Part shown: positions 11,654 to 25,459 of the stretch, one piece after another | Layout: every line of letters starts with the position of its first letter | Numbering within the stretch: the stretch's first letter is position 1 | From: Lingula anatina | Lineage: Eukaryota > Animalia > Brachiopoda | Direction: 5' to 3' | DNA length: 64,000 nucleotides | NCBI GenBank assembly: GCA_051362555.1 | Contig: CM120640.1 | Location: 15,004,001-15,068,000, forward strand | The notes under the pieces: model-generated | Seen by the model: only the letters and a program-made list of their open reading frames with translations | The model's database searches: none | Told to the model about the DNA's origin: nothing | Translations under genes and position numbers: made by a program

Positions 11654-14600
11654 GTCAGTGACATAGTAAACAAACCCTACTAATTATGTTTTTTTTTCAT
11701 ACTTAAAAGTATGAAAAAATATCCACCCATATGCATGTGCAAGTATGACCAGTGTACACTGAATACAGATAGTCAGTTTTAAATAGTGAGATATTTCTGC
11801 ATTAACAAAAATAATTTAAGCATGTGCAGTGTAGATGCAAATATATTTTTCATGCAATTTCTTCTAAACTGACAACAAAAACTATGTCACAATATAGAAT
11901 TAAATGTTTTTTTCACTATTTCAGTATTCTTTAAATGATTCCGGATACTTGTAAGATTTATATTTAAACATATTTTTCACCTTGTGTTTCATTATATTCA
12001 AATAAATCTGTCTGACATAGCTTGATGAGAGCATAGAGGGTGAGGGCATCATATTACCTCCACTTGTCTTTACATGGGGCAAAAACCTTTTGAGCTCCCT
12101 CGCGTACCTGCTGGGCACAAAGAAAACAAGAATATTACGTGGCTGTTTGAACTTAAGAAGTTGTTATCTACTTATACCACAACACTATAACAGTAAAGAA
12201 AGGGAGGCAATTACAATGTTGTAGGGCTAATGCTTTATCCAAGCCAAATAGGGGTTCTAGACCAACAGCAGCAGGATGCCAAAACCTATGAGAGGTTTGA
12301 TAATTTGCAGCTGGTATTAGAGGAAATGTAACTCAGAATAAGACATACTTTAGGGGCACACAGGTAAGATGGTTTACATTATTTATTAATTATTGGGATT
12401 TTGTAAATGGAATGAGTTATGGTTGGGGTTAAAATGGAAAATGTTAAGACTGTATTAGGTAACCTTCTGTTTCTAATAAACCATCATCCTGTTGATCTGT
12501 AAGCATTAAAATTTTGTATAAATTAGGATATGTTTTTGGGGGCATCTTTTGCACCGTATCATTTATTCAGCAAGTATTCCTGGCAAGAATGTCACCCATT
12601 AACAAATCAGAATTCCTGTTTAAAGGCAATCAGTTGCCACACTTGAGAAGAACTCTTAGGTCATTCTTGAGTGGCATTACAAATTTGGTCACATACAGAC
12701 GTGCAAACTATGACAGTATCGTGTTTTTCCAGGAAAATCATGTTCGGACCTAGTTTTTAATTAAGTCACACTTCAAACTCTTTAATAAAAACTAGAAGTG
12801 AATGTAAAAGTTATGGTAGATGGGTTTTAATCATTTACATGTATATTATGCGTAAGCAATAATACCATAGCTCTATATGGTAATGCCTCTCGAACTCTCC
12901 TGTTTTCTGAAATACAATTGCAATTTCTCTTTCATTGACTCATTAGCAGCAACAATCTGGGGGCGTAACATAATGTTGTTATGATTTCCTGCCATAATGT
13001 GGCCAATGAACCACACTCTATCTGAAGTCAAAATAGCATTCAGCGTTCAGTGTAAATTTAGCGTCAAACATACTTTGGGGGCATTTACAAATTGTTTACA
13101 GTTATTGCAGCCTGAATCAGTTACTGTGTTTATTAATAATATTTCTATATCTAGAAAGTGGTACCAAGCATCAGAATGGCATTTTGTGTAGGTTTGACAG
13201 GACGGGTATTTTAAATCTCCTGGTCACAACAAAAAGGTCTGCCACTGAGTCATGTGATTCTTTGCCTCTGACATTGTTTAGATAGTTGCAAAGAATTTGA
13301 GAAATAATAAAAAGTGTGATCTGCCTCAATAATTTACATCTGCACCTGGCTGCATATCCCCCCCCCCCTTTTTTCAATGCACACCTACATCTGTCACACC
13401 AGGGGGTTAGTCTCTAAAATCTAAGAAAACAGCCCAGCATACCATGATGGTTTTATAAAAGACAGACATACCAAGACCTGGTAATATGATGCAACAATCT
13501 TTTAAACTTGGGGAAAATGAGGTATGATATTTACTAAACACATTGCAATGTCTTTTCAATTTGAAATAGGAACTATATAAAATTACAAAAAAAAAAAAAA
13601 AAATGAAACTAAAAGTTAAATATGAGAAAAAAATTAATCCAAACAGTTATTCAAAAAGAGTGTAGCGAGGATAATAGAAATTATGCTTTTTCAACATGGC
13701 ACCTGTTTTGAAGTGGCAGCGTCACATGCAGGTGGACTAGGACAATATTATCCTTCCCACAAAAGAACATATTTATTGCTTCATTTGAGATGTTGAACAA
13801 GTTTCAGGCAATTGTTATTCATTCACACTGGTATCCTGCCTGCTGAATGAATTCCATGTTACAGTCTATGCAGGTATAGTGTGGCTTAAAAATGTGCACC
13901 ACTTTCTTTACAAACTTCAGAGAGAAAAAAATTCTTTCATTCCCACTTCTACATTTCATTTGCATTGAGAATATTGCCTACAAATTTATTACACAATTAA
14001 TTACCTGCAACACAACTAGATTGGTCTCTGCTTAGTGAAACATTTTCCAATAATCTTTTGAAACTTTGCAAATACTTCACCATTCTAAACAGAAGTAAAG
14101 AGGGTGAAATGATATATGTCTTGGTCTCCTGTGTTCACAGTCCATTCTGTTAGGCCAAAAGAGGAGAAATATCCCCTGGGTATGTACACAACAGGTACAG
14201 CAGTGACACGGGTAAAATTACACTCATTTCCACCAATTTACAACACATACTTGGGTGACGACCTCTCGCACATTTGGTGAATTGTGTCTGGAAAACGGCA
14301 GTCCCAGAGAAAAGTAGACACCAATTAACAGCTTTTACCTAACAGAAAATGGACAAATGACTGTTGTGAGTATGTATGAAACATGTGGCGACATGAAAAT
14401 TAACTCATTTAAAGATAGGTTCCAGATGGGGTGCTAAATGGTTGTATAAATTTCTTAATTACATGAAGGTAATACAGGTGGTAATGAAAGCAGATTACAT
14501 TATCATAAAGGTGAACATTTTTACTGCCATTATAAGAATGCTGTAATTTTAATGTTTTGCACCTATTTCAGTTTTTCCCTTCCTCCGTGAAGTATATGAA

Positions 14601-17600
14601 ATATTATGATTAGGTATGAGATTTTTCCTATAATCAAAAGAAGTTCAAATATAATATAATGCCCAAACACCATAAAATGGCAATGTGTATGTTTGTTTGT
14701 GTGTATATGGGTAAAAGTGTTAGGTACAATAATGTTCCAGTGTTTGGGTTGGGTGTAGGGAAATAGATACTGTTGATAACTGTTTTAATTAGCAATACTT
14801 TTGGCCCAAATCCATTCCTTTTAACTGTTTTCAGTGCCATTTTGAAAGTAAAAAATAATAAAGGAGTGGGGATGGGCTTTTAAACAGGTATGTTACCCCA
14901 CCCCCTTTTTTTTTCATCATATGACACACGACATGAGGACACTCTGCACCCAGCCTTACCTCTGTACCTGGCACTCATGTCGGCAGAATAAAAGGACATG
15001 GGACATGGGCAGTTAAGTCTGGAGTCACACTTCAAAACATCTCATCAAGAACAAACACACAACATCTTTGGCTCAAAAGCACACCCCATTTATGCAATGA
15101 TAATTAGCTTTGAGGGGATAAGGAAGGAACAAGCCCCAAAACTACATGTTTTTGGTGTGTTACGAAGACCGGTTTCATGGTATCATTCCACATCACTTTG
15201 ATGAGGTTGGTTAAACCAACAGACCTTGGCTGCCATTGTTTACTGAGCATACACAACTCCTCAACCGGCCAAGAGTGTGAAAGAGCAAGAGATCATGTCG
15301 AGGGTCAATTGCTTGAAGCACTGTTGCACTACTCCAGTAACAAACCATATACTTTTCACATTGGTATCACAGTCTTCTAAATACCTTAAACTTTTAGTTT
15401 TGTTAAAAATTACATGCTTCATGGCTTCATGCACATGCTGAAATTTTTCATGTTTTTGGAACAAGTTATGATGCCGGCAATTATAGCTCATTTTGCTTGT
15501 ACTTTTTCTTTAAATTTCCATGACATTGTATTAGTTGCTTTGCCTATTATCTATACTGACTACTTATTTTTCAAAGAGCATTTTGGAATCATTGGAGTCA
15601 CTCCAATCATAATGTTTATTTCAATTTCCTCAGATCACTGCAAAACTCCAATTATTATTTGAAACACTGAAGGGTTTCAAATGAAAAATTTTGAAATCTA
15701 TTTGCCATGGGCAGAGAACTTGAAAAAACTGTGATATATTTGAGAAACTGTGTATGTGGTCCCAGTTTGTACAGCACAAAAAAGATTGTTCCACTTGAAA
15801 AGTATTTAAATTCATTTTTCGTATCATCTATAGCATTTCTTAATATGTAAAGTAAAATAATATTTAGAAATTCATAAAGAACCTTTTTTCGAAGCAATAT
15901 ATATATATATATATATATATCTGGCAGCTCATTTTTTCCATATTATAGAAAAATTGTCATAGTATCTAGAATATCATTTTCATATCAAAACCAGCACACT
16001 TTGCATCAACTTGTATTTATTGTAACCATTCAAATAAGACCATCAGATTAATTTTTTCCCTGTTACTAATTCCCACGCAGGTTCTTTGTAGAACAGAGCC
16101 AGCTATTGAAGAATCCACCGTTCCTCTTGACTGCGGCTAAAATAACAAAATTTGCCCGCCCATGTTGGGATATTTTGATATACAACATTGTCTGAATAGG
16201 TTCAATACTGCCAACAAAGACCGACTCCTTAAATATGCAGGATCATGACGTTTTTTGTGTATATAGTAGCCAGGACTTTCAACTTCACAATGTGCCCCAT
16301 CAACATAATTGTGTCAATAATAAATATCTTAGATATACCAACGATTAAACCTATTAAAACTCCTTAATGGCGATGAATGACGCAGGAACAAGAAGATACA
16401 TACTGCAATCTAAAGGACTTTGAAGGGCTGTACAAATTTACCTCCTCTTGCTATTTTCAAAGATTACATTTATCAAAAGTAACATATTTCTAATCCAACC
16501 TCTGGCCAATCAATCAATGGGGTCTTTGTAGTAAAGAACAGGGGATCAGGCCTATTAAAACATAATTTGAACACACAATAAGGAAGGCCAACAAAAAAGG
16601 GGGCTGCATGTCCTTCATAGCGCTGTCTTTTCTTCCTCCTCATATCTGGCAGTTACGACTGAGAAACAACATTTCGGCTATTCGATACCCCTGATCATTA
16701 TGCACTGTATAATTACTGGCTTGTGGACATAGGGACAAGGGAGTGGTAGGATGGTATGTTAGCAGAAGGGGGCACCAGAGTTTGGCAACTTGAAACAAGT
16801 AGGATCAGCCATCTAAAGAAGGTGGCTTACTGTAATCTGTAAATTTAAATTTCAAAAGTTGAAGAGCTGTGAAAAGTGAAAGGTCATTATTTAATTACTT
16901 ATTATGGAGTTTACCGGAGCCATACTTCAACCATAGGCCACAATAACAAGGAGAAGTCAAATAGCCTTTTCATTCATTGGTTTGTTTACAGGATCAATGA
17001 AAGGCAATTGTTGGTGAGATTAGTCTCATTAGCGGCAAGGTCTCAGCTACGGCCATGGCCACCAAGACCTCACGGGACTGCCAGTTGCTACTCATGATGC
17101 AAGTGTATTAGCGCCAACAACATTCGTACTTTTGGATAAAATTTATGTTACTCAATCAGCAAAGGACTTGCCACATTAGGACATTCCTGGGCACAGAATA
17201 ATTCTAAATACCTGGAAATGAGGGGGGAAAAGGAATAAAAGGTGAGTGTTTAGACAAGTCACTGACAACTTATCTTGAAAAATTGCTCAACTGCTTTGAA
17301 CTTTGAGAAAAGAAACTCAGGTGTAGTTGACAATCCTAGGGGAACTGACTGGTCCGTCATTACAGACTGCTTGCTTAAAACTATCTTGACTGTAATGAAG
17401 TAATATAAAAGAGAATCTGATTGTGACCGTATAAATTATATTTACATACTCAAGTTATAGAAATTAAAAACAACTGATCTCATTAAGTATATGAACAAAT
17501 CTGTATCAAAAATTGCATTGGTGACTAAATAAAAAGTTTGTTTATTAACAAAAAAAATTCAAACAACCAAATTATAATAATAATAATACACACTGTCCAT

Positions 17601-19508
17601 AAAAAATCTAACAATATGAACATTGCAAAAGTCAAACTGACTTGGATATAAACCTTTGATTTTAATAGGAGTAAATACTTCGACTAGTTATCAAAGATTT
17701 CTGTTACTTTTAATAAATGATAAATCAAATATGATTATGTTATCCAATGACCTAGGTTTATTTTAATTCTGTTTCATGATATTTTGGATGACCTAATAGC
17801 AGCATTTTTAGGCAAAAAAAATAAATAAATAAATTTTCAGTCTAAAAAAATATTTAAGTATCTCATTTGCCATCTGTACATACTCCCAGTATTGTAGCTT
17901 TGGAAAATGACTACAAAACAGTAACTCAAACTTTCTTTAATATTATTAAATCTTTATAAAATAAGAAAAAAATATATAATTAGACTGGTTAATATGTTCT
18001 TTTATAATCAGTCAGGATCTTTTTTTTCATTTAAAGCTTGAAATCTTTCCAAGTTGTGAAAAAGGGTTAATAAGCCTTAGGCCCTGCCATTTTTGGGGAA
18101 ATTTCCATTGCGTACTTAAATCAAGTAAATGGTCACATGCATTCTTTGCATTTTTAAGTCATTTAGTTTTATTTATTTATTGCTATTTCCAAAAATATGA
18201 AAAGACAATAGGGTAATTAAATGATATCATTTATAGTTGATGTTTGAAGAAAGGAAATATATTGACAGATATTTGAAAAGTTTCCTTCTAACATTTTAGT
18301 TGATTTGGCACTTGAACTGAATTAAACAAACCTTTATTTAATTTTTTCCCTTTTTATTTTAAAACTTCTCACTGAAAACAATCCGTATATACTGTTTTCA
18401 GCTTATCTCTGCATTTGATATATCAAAACTCATTCCAAAGACCTTGAAGGTGTTTTCTTAACAAAGGCGAGGTGTTTTACAAATCAACCGTTTGCCATCA
18501 CCTTGTTTCAAAACAACTACTGCAAATTCCTTAGGCCTTTCTTTTCTCTTCAAAAGTCCACCATTTGGCGGCCTTTTGTTCTATTTACTTCTTGCCAACT
18601 CACTCCAAGTTGTTTTAGTTGATTTTCCTATACCACAGACCTGCCGAAAAGTATCTATCATTCAGTGCGGTTAAATGAATAATCCAATTCTGTTAACTCA
18701 TTGGCCTGTGGTTCACGTTCTATTCAGATAATAATGAGAAGTCCCATTCACCAGTATAATGCTATGGCTGGATAATGGGCACCTCGTGTGAAAAAATAAA
18801 TACATAATTTGTTAGTCTATCTATTATTGATTTCAGACCCCTTTTGTTGGCAACAATGTGGCTAACATTAAGAGCAATGAAATATTAATTCAATAATTCC
18901 TCATCGATATTTCTCCGATCAAGAATGCCAGAGTGTGATAAATAAGTTGTCGGGTTGAACCTTATGGGTATGTCTTCTATAGCCAGCTGAAAGCTAAGGT
19001 GTCTGAACATTACCCACAGCCATCTTAATCAATTATTAATGATAACCTGTAACAAATCCACTGCACAATCAAGTCTATGTCAACAGGGTGTAATGAGAAT
19101 ACTCTATACAATGTTGCCCAAGCAGAACCCGGTAATAAGACAATTGTGCCAAACTAATTATCCCAAGCTAATTAAATTAACTTAGGTAAAAAGCAAAAGT
19201 TTATGTACTGAAAAATGCACCTGCTGACCCCCCAGATGCAAGCTGGAGGATCACTGCATCCAATGCAAATACTTGTGTTTGAGGAAGGCTTGGGTCCATG
19301 CCAAAGACAACTTAAATGATGCAAAAATGCAGAAAAGCAGTAAATTCTACCAGTTGTATTGATGTTGGTTGAGAGGTTCAAATTCATTCCACAAAACACA
19401 GATAAAGTCGAATATATGTGCACTTCTCCCTGGCAAGAGCAAACCCCTAAATTGATGAGTAGAGATTTGAACCTTTAAATTTCTTGTATTGGTTCTGTGC
19501 TGAATCAA

Positions 19509-19542
<34 letters not shown>

Positions 19543-22500
19543 CATGGTCCTTTCCCCTTGCTGGACACATTAAATAATCATTTTAGTTAATAAACATGCT
19601 TTTCATAAGTCATTAAAAATACATCAGATTATGGGATTCCAAGTGGTGGAAAGAGTAATAGATCCCATATGGATCCCTGGTGAGCAGCTGAGTATATGCA
19701 AGGATCTTACTCAAAGCAATACAAATTACATTTAAAATGCCTCCAAAATTATATAACAAAAATAACACAACACGCACCACTTAAACTTAATACAATTTCT
19801 CTAAAGATCCCCCCAAAATAACATTTCAATGTTGTATTAATCAGTGATTAAAGGCAGAAGGTTTGAGTGATGTGATGGTCCAGTCCACTCAGACTGCTTG
19901 GCGAGGCAAGGAGAGGCAGCAAGGCTGGCCTAACCAGCCAATAGAAACAAAGCCGACCAAGAAACCTGCAACTCATTGTGAAGTTAGCATTAGTGAAGTA
20001 GAGCTCTTAGAGCACAGAGCAGAGCAGAGCAGAGCTGGTCCTCTTAGAATAGGTTTACTAGAAATTGTCCAGTGTCTCCATTTCTCAGTACTTTTCAGGT
20101 AAGATCTTTCATGTAGTTCTAAAGCTGATTAAATAGGCCATTTAGTACATTTAGTAATATGAAGATGTTGGACATACAGGAAAGCATACTGAAGAGCACA
20201 GACAGTGTAGACAGTTATATGCTGACAATTGCTTACTCAAATTATTTCCTATTCATAAACTGCATCCAAGCCATGGAAAGTGCACAGTACAAGTATCATC
20301 ATCATCAAAGGGAATACAGAATATGTCACAGCACCTGTAGAAGCCCATTTATTTGCTGTAGCTTCATCACTAAAGGCATCAAACGTGATACAAATACTGT
20401 TCCTTGAACATGTGATGCAAAATAGAAAATGCTAACACCAAGTATACCTTTGTCTAAGATGACACTATTTCATGAAATTTTCAAGATCTTTAGCTGATAA
20501 AAATATCCGTGTGCTAGTATAGCTAGGAGGCACAGACAAGAGACTTTAGATCTTTAGAATACCCAGGGTCTGGTTCAAGGAGTAAATCTTGTTCTCCATT
20601 TTGAGAACATTTTGAGATATCAAAGACATAAAATCCAAAAATTATCTTTTCAAAGGCAGAAAAATCAGTCTGAAGCTAAAACCTAAAATTCATTGAACTC
20701 TTTTATATACTCTCAATATGCATCTTTATTGAGCGAAAGGAATGTTGTCATAACTGCCCATAGGAAACCACACTCTAATTAATTTTAGATAATTAATTAA
20801 GTTCACACACAAATCAAATCAGTTTAATTGCATTATGTGAATACCCCCAGAAGCTGTTAATATGACAGAGGGGCCTACCCACATGGGAGTAAGCATTATT
20901 ACTTATCTTGAATACCAACCAGTATAACTTTGAAGCTTATTTGTAAACATAGAGACAAGGTGAAATAGTTTCAGCATAAGATTCGTGTTACAGTACATAA
21001 ACAATTTTAAAACTGCTCATGTTCCCAAACAGTTTTACCTGACTCCAGATAAAAATATCTGACCCTAAGATAAAAATAAATGTGCTCTCTATTTAATTAG
21101 CCATCAAAACTAGCCAGATCAAGGGGCTGGACATTTGCACTCATCTAAACACATCTTCAGGTTCAAATATACTTTAAACAGGACAAATTTGCCATTATCT
21201 TCATAGGAAAGTAAGTACTTTCCATAAACAATACAAAAATAACTGAGTGAGGCTTGGGATTGCATGCTGACTCTTGAGTTATTTTTCCAAACACCAGTGT
21301 TAACTGCTAACTTGTCTTCCAACAGCATATCGGATATTTGGAGCATGCTGCAAAATTCTTCTTCACTCCCTTCCATGATCTGCTTGTTTATCCTTGTATA
21401 TCCCTCTCCACCCACCAGAAATTAAAAGGGGAACATTTCCCTCATCATGCTAAATTTTGGGGATATTCTGGACCCTGGCTGAAAAAAACTGGGGTCATCT
21501 GTGCATCCGTTTGTCAAAAATTGGGTGTCATTTTTCATAATATGCATTGAGAACCAAAATAAGTCAAAACATAAGCTAATGTAAAATGTTAAATGATGAT
21601 GAACTTATGGCATATGCGTTCCATTTCATTTAAGAAGTTTTTTCAACCATTTTTTATTCTTTCATCTTAGATATTTTCTAAATTCTTTGTACCCAAAAAA
21701 GATAGTTTGGAATTTTGACATAAAACAGGTGAAAAGAAACATGGTTTATGTCTTAAATCAAATGAAGCATGAGGTTTATATACAGTTTTACTGCTTTTTT
21801 CAGTCTGCCACATCCACCATGGCATGCACACTGTAGGGTACCTGTTGTCAAAATGTTCATTCTAAAACTAAATGGCTTACATAAGGTATACAGTTTCAAA
21901 TCATCCTTCAGCATGTTAATGCCCATGAACAATTAATAAATATTTATAAAGCTATAAAGAAAAGAAAATAATGCTGAATCTGATTTCCCTACAGGGTTGC
22001 ACTAAAGATCTAAAACAAATGTAAAAACAAACTGTTCTTTTAATCTTGGTGTGGTATCTGTAGGAATTCTTACATTAAGATGTAACTAATTAATTAAAAT
22101 TTAAAGCAGGAAAAATTATACCACTTAGTCTGGTATAACAAATTTCACACCTAAAGCTATGTTAAAAGCATGTGCACCCAGGCCTTAATCATTTCTTAGA
22201 ATGTTAATCCAATTTTGAGTTGGACATAAGAAGGAAAAATAATACAAAGCCTGTTTATATCAGTTTCTTCATTTATATCCAAAAATAATACAGCCATCTT
22301 CCACCTGTTTTGTGTTAAGATATCATAATAATCTGCAAAACAGGTGCTAAGAAATCAGACATTTGAAATAACACTGGAAAAGGAAGAGACAGATTATACA
22401 CAATCTGTACACTACTTGTTAACACCCAGTATTAGAGGGGTTCTAATGATGTACATATCACAGGCTGAAAAAAAAATAATAACTGAAAATATATAATATT

Positions 22501-24814
22501 TGAATTATAAATTTGTGGCTCATTAGCCAAATTAGCATACAAAAAGAATTTTTTAATTAATCATCATGGCCACCTATCAGCCTACTATTGTGAAGAAAGC
22601 ACTTTATTAACATAAATCAAAGCATCTAGACTAATTGATTACTTTAACTTAATCTTTATAATTCTTTAAACAATATTACAAACAATCACATAACAGATGT
22701 GTATGTTTTCCCCCTTGTAAGCTTAGATATGCTATCTTCTCCAGGCCAACCTCCCATTTCATTACATGGGGATGGAGATAAGTAATATGTGTATATATTT
22801 CCTATAGTATTGTTGATCTAGCTGTGCAACCAAAAGTAAACACAATATCAGGCCATTGCAGCTGAAGTATTGGGTTTGTTTTGATTCCATTGGCTCTGAT
22901 TAAGGCGTGCCCTGTTCTATCTTTTCGTGGTCTCATCTTTCCATCCCCTGCACCTGTTAATCTCTGGGTTATCTCTCTCACAAAAATGCCAAAGAACTAG
23001 GAAAGCAGGGAGCAAAGCATCTCTTATATCAAAGATTGTATTTTTTTCTCAGTGCACTCACAATAGCTGGGGCACCATGCCACCATTACTTTTCTCCCAA
23101 GGAGTGCAAATGACTTCTCACGCAGAGCAGATATGACTTATGTTCATGGAAATCTTTGTTGTGGGGGGCTTTTATCTTCTTCTCTATCATGTTGATACAC
23201 TTGACTTGTTTTTTAACCCAGCATGCCCCTGCTGTTTATCAAAGCTTTTTAAGTTGTGAGGAATTTCATTCAGCATCTACAGTGCAAGTTTCTAGATTAT
23301 ACTTGGTAACATTTTACCCTTTTTCAGTGTTCAGCAGTTTGTAAACTTTTGTCACTTATGCTGTCATATTTAAAGACAATCAATCACAAGACAATTTATT
23401 TTCTCATTTCTTTCAACAAAGCAATAACAAAGGGCATTCTTTGCCAATGATTCACAGTCACACTTGCAACATAATCAGGACAGGTTTCAAAAAATAGGTT
23501 TCTGTCATTCTTACCAGCCACAGCATCCAGAGAACCATCAAAGCTTGAATTGGATAATTCTACTTATACTATCTATATCAACTATATATCAAATTTTTTT
23601 ACCCAGGTTACACAATCTTGATATGGTTTGATAACATATTTTAAAGAGTGTTTTCTAAGAGTTGAATTTAGGAGTATTAGGAAATTAATACTAATTCACA
23701 AATTTTCAGAAAAATCTTCATTATACTGACTCACACACGTACAATAATTGTCAAGAGCTTGTGATAAATTTAGTTTGGCAGTTTGATAATAAGTGAAGTT
23801 TTATTTCAAATAGCTTTCTTCTCTTTTCAATCTTAACTTGGCACAGCACGTTTCCACAACTGTCAAAATAAACCCTCAACAATGAGCTGCCAAGCTGAAT
23901 CTAGGAGACACACAAAAGTCAAGATATTAACTGCTTCAAATTGGTAGAAATTGAAGCAAAACACTCTCATGCATTAAGTACTTATTCTTCATCCATTTTC
24001 TTAACTGTTCCTACAAGGCTCTATCCAAAGAGACACTCCCAAGATGTACAGGCAGTCCCTAAAAGCTTCAACTTAAGCTAATTACTACTGTTTGTTTTTC
24101 TAATATATTCATCTGATTTCCTGAGAAGCTGATGTTTTAATAGGATGTCAAACATCCTGCAAGCAGGTGGCCTAATTTTTTCTTGATGAAAAAAAATAGT
24201 ACTGGTAAAAAGTTCTTATACACCTTGTAAAGTTCACTCCATGATAGATGCACAGAGAGACACTGGTAGTAAATTCATTAGCCGCTGACTGCTACATCTT
24301 AGTTTATGAATACATGTGTCATGCTGTGAACTCACTGGTCTGTATATATGAACTTGTGCCCATGAGTTACAAGCAAAATTGCTTCAAAAGAGAGGAGGCT
24401 GCAGTGAGGAGTGGAAAAGTCAGACAACAAAACATCCGGATCTCGGAAGACAAGACTGAATTGAAAGTGAGCAGTGTTTCACGTACTGGGTCACTTTCCC
24501 ATACACCAAACTCTGTGGGTTTTAGGTCTTCACAGCCAGATCACAAAAAGCTGGTGATTTAATGCCCAAAATGTAGCTGTATATACTACTTCCTAAAACC
24601 TCCCACATTTCATTTTGTTAGAATGTTAAACCCAAAGAAAAAGACTTGCAGTTGCTGAGACTTCAGAAGCTTGTGCATTTGCAAATCTTTGTTTTGGTCA
24701 ATTTTCAAAGCAACATTGTTTTTTTACTTTCAGATAGCAGAGAAAGATTCAGGATGACAACTTAAAACAGACAAGAAAAAACTTAAAAGCACAGAATTAC
24801 TATAAGGACACAAG

Positions 24815-25283
24815 ATGCCTTTATCGGAGAAAAAAGTGTGTGGATGCAGAATCCGCTTCAACTCCTTTTGGTGCATCTGGTATTGCGCCATTGTGCTGAT
24901 TGCACAAGGATACCTGACCTACCTGGCCGTTAGCAGGTACTCAGCATTCAAAAGTTTACATTGGAAAGAAGATGAAATGCCATCTTTGGAATTCACCTCC
25001 TATGTTGCTCTTATTGCACTATCACTGCTGTGTTTGCCATTTTTTGCGTTGGCTGCCATATTCAAAGTGGAAAATTATGCCAATGACGGTGTTAGGCTTG
25101 GAGAAGAAATTTTAAGCAAGAAGGAGGCACGTCTTAGATATTTGGAGACAAGATTTGGAAAGCGTTTCTGGCAGCAGATGGGTCCTGTGGCACAAACTCT
25201 CCACATTGGAGCAGCTTTTTGTCTGCTGCTGCCCCATGTTCTCCTGCAGGCTCAGGAGATAAAGCATGGATATCTCAGTGAAG
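24815..25283 (+). CDS. tinc: Tincar-like coding exon 1 (exon starts at acceptor 24734)
   Basis: ORF 24815-25303 with three hydrophobic segments; donor GAA G|GTGAGT. Confidence 0.88.
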
Positions 25284-25422
25284 GTGAGTGGTCATACCTA
25301 TAGCTATACATACTAAAGAGAATTCAAATTATTCCACTAAATAAATAAGAATGCCAAAAAAGCGTTTGGCACACAAATGCCACCTAACTGCTGAGGTCTA
25401 ATTTATGTAGTATGTGCATTTT

Positions 25423-25459
<37 letters not shown>

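Noticed and set aside
14940-15400. Possible degraded transposase (VMWNDT..PVFV on the minus strand, piggyBac-like)
   Set aside because: A single weak motif; flanking frames show no other piggyBac motifs.
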